Assembly (NCBI GenBank): GCA_905178155.1
Contig: CAJINV010000018.1
Coordinates: forward strand, 1,276,190-1,340,189
Length of the DNA stretch: 64,000 bases
Reading direction: 5' to 3'
Source of the DNA: Amoebophrya sp. A120
Taxonomy: Eukaryota > Protista > Dinoflagellata
Of the stretch, positions 56,185 through 64,000 are shown piece after piece. Position numbers and translations under genes: made by a program. How positions within the stretch are numbered: the stretch's first letter is position 1; every line of letters begins with the position of its first letter. The notes beneath the pieces were generated by a model. The model made no database searches and had not been told where the DNA came from. It was given only the letters and a program-made list of their open reading frames with translations.

Positions 56185-59100
56185 ATGGCCGCCCAACCAG
56201 AATCTTCCTCGTCTGCTGCAGGGGCAACATTAACCTCGCCGCCGGTTCTGGCGCCGACGCTTTTGCAGGACCACGGTGCAGCGGCACAGGAGAACAACAT
56301 CAACTCGAGCAAGCAAGTCTCGAAGATTCTGGATTCGATTCCTGAGAAGGAGTATCAAATGTAAATATGTCTGGGTCTGGAAGATTGCCAGTTTTGTCAT
56401 GCACATTTTGCATGACTCCTGATGTCTGTGATGCATGCCCCAGCATCACAGATTTTGTGAGGGCTTCCTGATGCCTATACCGCATGACAAATGCTCTTTC
56501 CGTGTAGCAAAACTTGGACTCTCTTTGCTGCTCATGCAATACAGATTTTTTTAGAATCCAAAATCAGCATGACAAGTTGGATCCTTCCAGACCCAGACAT
56601 TTTTACAGTTGATAAGGAGCCGGAGAAGCAGTACAACATTCCGGGGACGTATGGAGAGAAAAAAGTTTGTCACAGTCACTAACTTGCAGGTTTTGCATTA
56701 CAAATTTTCTTAGCGTCACAAATTTTCCTTGTATTGCAGAAACACTAGGGAAATCCCTAATAAAGTTCGGCTGTGATGCATTTTTACGCATGACAAACGC
56801 ATTTGTATTGCAAAAATGCGCATCAGTGATCGTGACGAACTTTTTTTCTTTGATAGGACGAAGCAGGAGAAAGATTTTTTCCCGAAAAATTTCCATCCCC
56901 GCCGATGTTTTTCCCAGGAAGACACCGCACGGTACCGCTGCAAGGACAGCAACTTTCCCTCCGCCTGGGCCGAGTACCAAGTGGGCGAGTTTTTCCGGCT
57001 GAAAAAGCCGCGGCAGGAGCAGGAGATTCTGTACTGGTACAAGAAGACGGACGTGCTCCGCGTGAAACTCCCCGCCCACGTGTTTCACCTCCCGGCGCGA
57101 GTGGCGGACGACGTGAAACCGACCACGACGGAGCGACTGAAGAATGAGAAAAAGATCCAGGACCTGAAGCGCGTCTTGTACTCGATGAACCGAGCACACC
57201 AGTCGCAGATTGGCTCCAGTGCAAAGCGGTCCATGTCCATGACGAGCACGGCTTCCATGGCGGCCAGTACGGCACCCAGTACGAGCCACGGGAAAGTTAT
57301 GGTATCTACTTACAGTACACATGTAGTACACAACGTAGAAAAATAGAAATCAATTTTTTTCATCCTCCTAGTTCGTGGTGTTATGCAGATGCAAATGCGA
57401 GTTCAACATATTTCCATGATGATGATCATGAAGGGAATCACTCCACCACTTCTACTACACAGACCGGTGCGGCAACGCCGATGATGACGACCGGAGAGTC
57501 GTTTTTATGAACTGCAAAAGTATCGTACTCGTATAAATGCATTACAGATTTGCTCAGCATGAGAAATAAAATTTGTAATGCTGATTTGCCTTGACAAAGA
57601 AATTTGTAATGCAAGACCTGCATTTATACGAGTAAGATACTTTTGCACAGCATAGTTTTACAACAAAAACAAGTCCGTACCCTCCACTAGTCCGAACTCC
57701 ACGCAGCTACAAAATGCGGGCAGCCCGCCCACGTTCCTGCCCAAGATCATGTTCGACCAGGCGGTGCAAAATTCCACACTGAATCCCGCCGATTTCCCGT
57801 TGTCGAGCCCGGGCCGGGAACAGGCGCCCTTTATGGAACTGGAGACGGTGGAGGTGCCGGAGCGGTTGCGGGAAGAGAAAATCCCGAACGTGGCCGAAGT
57901 GTCGGGGCCCCAGTACTACCAAATGTAAAAATGTCTGGGTCTGGAAACTTGTGATGCTGGGTCGCGTCTCATGATGAGGCCACAAGTGCTGGCTCAGCAT
58001 GACAAGTTTCTGAGCTTCTAGGTGTTGCCTATTCTGCATGACAAACTGCGTTTCTGCATCACAGAAAAATGGAGCTCTTGGGTAACGTGCATGACAGATT
58101 TAAAGAGTCATGCCAGACAAGCATGACAAACATGAATTCTTCCAGACCCAGACACTTTTACAGTTGATAAGTACGCGAGGAACTGCATCTCCATGGGAAT
58201 CCACCACGACAACATCAAGGACTACAGGAAAGCCATTCCATACTACGACAAGTTTCTGAAGGTAAGTAAGTACGTCGACGAGATAGGTCTTTGCTTTACC
58301 GCATTTCTGTTGTTATTTTTTGATAAGTGAGCGTGCCTATTGGTATTGTCAAAGTATCTAGTTCCATACCCTTAGCGCGACATCGTTACAACTTAATGCG
58401 CAAAACCAAAAACTACAATACAGCTGTGCATGCGGGCGCGGGACAAGCAGGGCATTGCCATGGCGTACCACTGCATGGCGATTGACTACCAACTCTGCGC
58501 GCTGGAGGAAAACATCACCGAGCAGCAGCGGCAATCGGACTTTGAGAACGCCATCCGAATGCACGTGAAGCACCGGAACCACGCGGACCTGGTGGGCCGG
58601 TTCGTGTCCCACGTAAACCTCGGGATTTGCTTTGGGCACCTGAACGATAGGGAAGCATCCACTTTGAACCACCAAGTGGCGTTTCAGCTCGCGCAGTATT
58701 TGCACAGCAAGGACGCGAAGCGACTGTCCGCAAGGAATATCGCCTTCGACGCACAGCTGTTGAATGGCCCCCTGACGAGCGGCACGGTCCGAGCGCGGTT
58801 CCAACTTCTCGTGCACGTATTGCAGGAACACTACAGCAACGTGGGACAAAGCGTCACGGATGTGGTACTGATTATTCTTGTTTCTTTTCGCTGCGTAATC
58901 TTTTGTAACACTTGGTTCTTTTCGCTTTGTGTGTAATACTAAACATAACTACGAACATAATCGCATCTTCACAGGCCCCGGGTCCTGAGAAGCAGAAGCC
59001 GAAGCATATGCGTAAGCATGGGGGTTTCTGTCCGCAGAACCACCGGCACCTCCGCGCGAGCCAGGCACTGAAGCAGATTGGCGACTTGCACAAAGACACG

Positions 59101-60135
59101 AATAATTACGAGAACGCGATCGTGTTTTACGACAAGGCGTTGACGCTGGCCTCCCGCAGCGGCGAACAGCAGGAGAAGAAAAATACACTCACGGTGCAGC
59201 TCGCGCTCACCAAAGCGAAGTCCTTCGGTATCAAAATGAAAAAAGCCCCCACCCCATATCAAATGGGAAATCTGTGATGCAGGATTTGTGTACACAAATG
59301 TGCACTGTCTTGCAATACGGCATCGCAGCCAGATCCGCAGCCTACGGAGGGACTTTTGGGTCTAGGTCCTTAGCATTACAAACGGCTGCCCTCTAGGCTC
59401 AACAGCATGCCAAAGCGCTTCCATAATGGCGCGGAAGCCTCTGCATTTGTCTTCTTGCAAGACAGACGTGAGTTGTGGTCTCAAATCAGCAAGACAAATT
59501 TTCGGAAACATGCCTTTTCGATATGGGGAGGGGGGATTTTTCCTCTCAATATTCGGGGAGGAAAAATTTGTGGAGAAGATGCTGGTGAATGCCGAGAAGA
59601 AGGCACTTATCCAGTGCAAAGATGTCTTGGTCTGGAAGAATGCAGATGTTTGTAATGCAGGTTTTGCATAGTGGTCCAGAAGGTCTGGCATGCAGGGAGT
59701 AGCATCACAGATTTTATTACGAGAGCTTTGTGAAGATCCCTACGCCTACTCTGCATGAGAAATCCCGTCTGATGGTGGCCAAAAATTTGCAGCTTTTGCA
59801 ACTCATGCATGACAAGTTTTTGTGTGAGCGGCAGACAGCATCACAAGTTTGCATCCTTCCAGACCCAGACATAGTTGCAGTGCATAGCACTGCTGCTGAA
59901 GCAGCTGGAGCAAGAGGCGGAATTGGACAGCAAGATGCGGGCTACCACCACGGGGAGCGTCGGACTCGGAGGCACTTCTAGAAATTATAGCAGTGCAGCA
60001 GCGCCCAGAACTTCTGCGATATCCGGCCGACACAAGTCGACTATTGAAACGGCCGCGGAAGCGTTTGATGACGTGGATCCAACCGATATGGGGGCCTTGA
60101 TTCTCAACCTAAACACCGGGGGGAAAAGGAAGTGA
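56185..60135 (+). CDS. TPR-repeat protein; 6 introners + GT-AG introns
   Basis: TPR-like segments ISMGIHHDNIKDYRKAIPYYDKFL, SHVNLGICFGHLND, ALKQIGDLHKDTNNYENAIVFYDKALTL. Confidence 0.8.
56353..56614. mobile_element. Introner family A (262 bp)
   Basis: TIRs; direct repeat AGGAG; closely similar to 44224. Confidence 0.93.
56650..56855. mobile_element. Introner (singleton TIR type)
   Basis: tatggagagaaaaaagtttgtcac...gtgacgaactttttttctttgata; direct repeat GGACG. Confidence 0.88.
57506..57654. mobile_element. Introner family E
   Basis: TIRs; direct repeat GTTTT; closely similar to 28904. Confidence 0.92.
57917..58169. mobile_element. Introner family A2, reverse orientation relative to 43404
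   Basis: taccaaatg...cagttgata; direct repeat AGTAC. Confidence 0.92.
59229..59551. mobile_element. Introner family F
   Basis: TIRs; direct repeat TTCGG. Confidence 0.9.
59608..59886. mobile_element. Introner family A (diverged)
   Basis: tatccagtgcaaagatgtc...gacatagttgcagtgcata; direct repeat GCACT. Confidence 0.88.
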
Positions 60136-61151
60136 AAAGAGAAATATATAATACGTCGGTAGTTAGTAGAGCTGCATATTGAAATTGATTTTATAGAAGT
60201 CGCAAGGCATGTTGATGCCTGTTTGCGTTACTACGACCTCTCTGTGTGTGGGGAGAACGCACTATTTTTTTCTTATCAATTGTCCCGCCCTTTTTTCGTT
60301 GCACTTGTACCCACTCTGCTTCCCGATTTAGATGTGACAGTAAAAGCCTGCTCGTTTTTGCAGGCAACTGTTCACTAGCTACCCCACACCTAAATTAAGA
60401 AACCTTCATGTTACAAACGAACCGTGTTAGTATTTTACTTTCTTGTTCGCTGCTGTAGCCGTGGCCCAAACGAACCAAATTAACACGTACATTCGATACG
60501 GGAGCCAGACTGAAATTGCCACTGCTTTTCGCTGTAAATCTAGTTGGCAAGAAAGTTGTTTCTGTTTCCGTTTCTATGTCCTTTTGTTGCAATTTATCAT
60601 CTCCTTCTAGGACTACGCAACTCACACGATGATCCAGGTACCCCGGGATAAAAGTGTAGAGAAGCGTTGCTGTGGAATTATGAGCGGAAATTTCAATGGG
60701 AGAAGAAAGATTTTTCACTGGACTGTATAGTAAATTTGGTTTCGGCGTGCCGTGGTCTGCTTGTCATATGAACTCACTAGTATAGTACACGAGAAGTGCC
60801 CGTTGTGTGCACCTTCTCGCGCTTCTTGGACGTCAACGGCGGCAGGCTGGAGCAATTATTCCCTGTCAGTTTTAAAACTGTTCAACACACTTGTCCGTCC
60901 GGTATCGGTCAACGTCTAGGTTGCGGAGTACTGTGGACTGAAAAGATGTTTTCGAGAGAGGACAGATGAGCGGCGATACAGAGGTCCTGTGATTCTCTTT
61001 CTTGCAGCCGCGGAGGAGCTGCTTCTTCTGCGCAGTTGTTTCATATACAAACTCAATTTTTTTTGCTGCTTGCTTCAGCACACAATCTGAATCAGCTACA
61101 GACTACGTGTTGGATGCATGCATTTGGAGGTACGGAAAAATCTACATAAGA

Positions 61152-62375
61152 ATGAGTCCTCGTGTAGATGGCCCGGAGCAGCCATTTTCGCACAGCAAGG
61201 AATGCTTTTCATCATCTTCGTCTCGACATAGTACAGAAGAAACAAAGACGAACATGCAGGCCGGTGCGGATTATCCGGACCAGCATCCAGTAGTGGCAGA
61301 GGCGGATGGTAATCACGTAGGAATAAATTATCTTCCACCTGCCGATGCTCTTTTACACGTGATCCAAGCAGAGCTGGCGCAGGCGGTTTCGCAAACCATG
61401 CTGCGCTCTCCTGCTGAAGTAGACCCTTGTTTCTACCACGGCTGTGCTCCCGGCAGGACAACAACTTCTCTGTCGTGTAGTAGTGCGAAAACTCCTGCTG
61501 CTGAACAGACTGATGAAGATGACAACTACAGCAACTACGGCCACAGTAAAAATTATCCAGGACCACGTAGTGGTGGTTCTCGCGTTGATCATTCTGCAGC
61601 GCCGTCTCCTCCTTCATCTGCAGTCACGACCGCAGCTTATCCCACAGAAAAAAGCTGCAGGGCATACTTGTAATGCAAAAATACATACACAGAACCAGAG
61701 TTCTTGGCCCCACAGCATGCTGTTTAAGTAGGATATGCAATACAGATTTTTTTCGTGTATTTACTTTCGCATTACAAATTAATATGGCGATGGCCTGCCT
61801 GCTTTTTTCTTTGTGATACAGTTTCAGCGCGCCAGCAGGTCCTGGACGAGCTGGCTGAGCAGCTTTGGTATCAAATGCAAAAATGTCTGGGTCTGGAAGG
61901 TTGCCAGGTTTGTCATGCATATTTTGCATGACCCACGATGTCTGTAATGCATGATCTAGCATCACAGATTTTTAGAGGGCTTCCTGATGCCTATTTCGCA
62001 TGAAAAATGCCCTCCCCGCGTAGCACAAGCTGGGCTCCTCTTGCTGGTCATGCAATACAGATTTGTTTACAGTCCAACGGTAGCATCACAAGTTCCAACC
62101 TTCCAGACCTAGACATGTTTGCAATGCATATTTGGAAGGCACCGGGGATGCGGGACAAGCTTGCGCCGCTCGTCGAGCGACATCGAAAGTGGCGCGAAAG
62201 AAGAACGACCCGGAATGAAGATACGAATTTGTTGTGCGGGAGAGGGAAGGATGAAATTCGCCGTGCGAGGACTGCAAGCCGTGGAGGGGGAGCAGATGCG
62301 GAGGAGATCGAAATTAGTGTCGAAGTTGCATCACTTGCGGTTTCGTCTTCTTCAAATGGGGCGCTTATTTCCTGA
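61152..62375 (+). CDS. Hypothetical low-complexity protein; 2 introners
   Basis: Spliced TTAASARQQVLDELAEQLWKAPGMRDKLAPL. Confidence 0.65.
61638..61818. mobile_element. Introner family C
   Basis: TIRs; direct repeat CAGCT/CAGTT. Confidence 0.88.
61869..62130. mobile_element. Introner family A (262 bp)
   Basis: TIRs; direct repeat TTTGG. Confidence 0.92.
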
Positions 62376-63283
62376 ATGTGAACAACAGTACTGCTACCGG
62401 TCGAAAAAAGAAGCGCCTTTCGTGAGGAGATGAGACACCAGCTGGAGTTCCATCCATCGCTTGGACAGATTTTGTTCCTAGGAGGAGTTGGAGGAGGTGT
62501 CACTCATTTTTGGCAATAAGAAAGTAGTAGTTTGGAAAGTTCGGTATCGGTATAAAATTTTGCTTACGTTGCTGTGAATATTTGTTCCGAGTAGTACTTT
62601 TTTAGCTATTATAACAGATAAAAATAGATGAAATTTTCGTGTTTCGATCTTGCGTGCAGCTTCATTGTTGTTTGGGTTAGAAGAAGCATCTCTACGATTG
62701 GATCCACGGCTCAACAAGATTATCTTGTCTGCAGATTTTTTTGCAAGATTTGGTTTGGATATAGAAGCGGACAAGTAGAAGAGCCTCAAATGAACTGAAG
62801 TTTCCTCAAGTACTTGCTAAAGATGGTTAAGCAGCATCACCATGCAGCGCGGTACGCTGCTGAAAATAAATCATCCGTTGCGCAAGGAGAAAACCCTCTT
62901 ACATAAGCATAAGGATAAATCAGAGCAAGCAATAAAACATGGAGTCCACCTCTCGGAGGGAAATCCTCCTTCTTGTTTTGTTCGACTTTCTCCCCTCTTG
63001 CTGAATCCGAAGGCAGTACTCTTCCTTGCAGTTGCAACTACAAAGAGAGAGAGAGGAGTAGCAGTAAGAGAAAACATTCCTGAGCAGGTTCTTCCGGAGA
63101 GTTTTTCTTTGCTTTTTATTTGGAGCGCCAATTTCGGAAATGCAACAAACTCACACCAGGATCATGCGTCGAGTTGCGTCCTGAAGTTTTCGAGGAATGC
63201 AGTTGTCAGTGCAAGCGTGAAAATATTTCGACTCGCGATTCCATGTCTACAGCTGCGATCAAAGCACCTACGACGAGGTGAAG

Positions 63284-64000
63284 ATGACGACGAATCCGGT
63301 TACTTCGCAGCACCTGGTTGCGGTGATTCCGCAGCCATGCACGAACCACGGCCCCATGATGGACAGTTTCCAGTTCGGGAAGCTGATCAAGCGGGCGAGG
63401 TTGCACATGCCGCAAAAGGAAAACGAGTACTTCGACAAAATTTACCGCCTGGGCGACTACACGGCGATCTCGGGGTGCGGGCTTGGGGGGTACTTGATGT
63501 TTAAATTCACGCAGAAATACCGAATTCGCCAGTACCGGACAAGTTTGATCGCGGCCTCCATGTTATCAAATGCAAAAATGTCTGGGTCTGGGAGATTCCG
63601 CGATTTGTCATGTAGTTTTTCCAAGCTCCCCCACGTCTGGAATGCAGGGCCTAGCGTCACAGGTTCTGCAGCTCCTTGCTGATGCGTATTCTGCATGAGA
63701 AATGCCCTCTCAGCATGCCCAGAAGTGGGCACCTTTTGCACGTTATGCATCACAGATCTTTGTAGGATCCGAAACACGCATCACAAGTTCGGATCCTTCC
63801 AGACATCCAGGGATTTTTGCATTTGATGCATGTACGTGGGGTACAAAACGACGCTGAAAGCTTATATCAAATGCAAATATGTCTGGGTCTGGAAGGATGA
63901 TGCAACTTGTGATGCTACCTTTGGACTCTATATAAAATCTGTATTGCATGAACAGCAAAAGAGGTGTATTTTGTGCTACGCGGAGAGGGCATTTCTCACG
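63284..64000 (+). CDS. Hypothetical small membrane protein, 3' partial
   Basis: MTTNPV...GCGLGGYLMF...LIAASM/YVGYKTTLKA after introner removal. Confidence 0.6.
63564..63828. mobile_element. Introner family A (right end ...ATG)
   Basis: TIRs; direct repeat CATGT. Confidence 0.9.
63865..64000. mobile_element. Introner family A, reverse orientation, truncated by window end
   Basis: tatcaaatgcaaatatgtctgggtctggaagg followed by the reverse-complement interior. Confidence 0.85.

Noticed and set aside
4929-63958. Recurrent peptides MSGSGR / LPDPDIF / KCKNVWVWK in many small ORFs, suggesting a repeat protein family or CRISPR-like array
   Set aside because: They are translations of the family-A TIR. 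The repeats are inverted pairs scattered in genes, not a regularly spaced direct-repeat array.

Overview
Eukaryotic, gene-dense window. All ~14 recognisable genes lie on the + strand and are riddled with short (143-351 bp) TAT...ATA terminal-inverted-repeat (TIR) elements flanked by 5-bp direct repeats. I could delimit 39, in at least 4 multi-copy families plus singletons, all inside coding sequence. Removing an element plus one direct-repeat copy restores the frame and conserved motifs (EF-hand loops, Tim17 GGNFAVWGG), so they act as non-canonical, orientation-independent introns (introner elements). This architecture matches what is known for the parasitic syndinian dinoflagellate Amoebophrya; the taxon is an inference. 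The most striking structure is a nest: an 8.3-kb non-LTR retrotransposon (zinc fingers-APE-RT-RNase H-CCHC, poly(A) tail, 19-bp TSD) inserted inside a 262-bp introner, which is itself an intron of a PAN/Apple-like gene, with both introner ends left intact. The window also holds a tandem paralog of that gene, an EF-hand protein with 10 introners, Tim17, a TMEM33/Pom33-like protein, a RAP-domain protein, a TPR protein and two non-autonomous TIR elements with 9-bp TSDs. Gene models were assembled by eye and are not RNA-validated.
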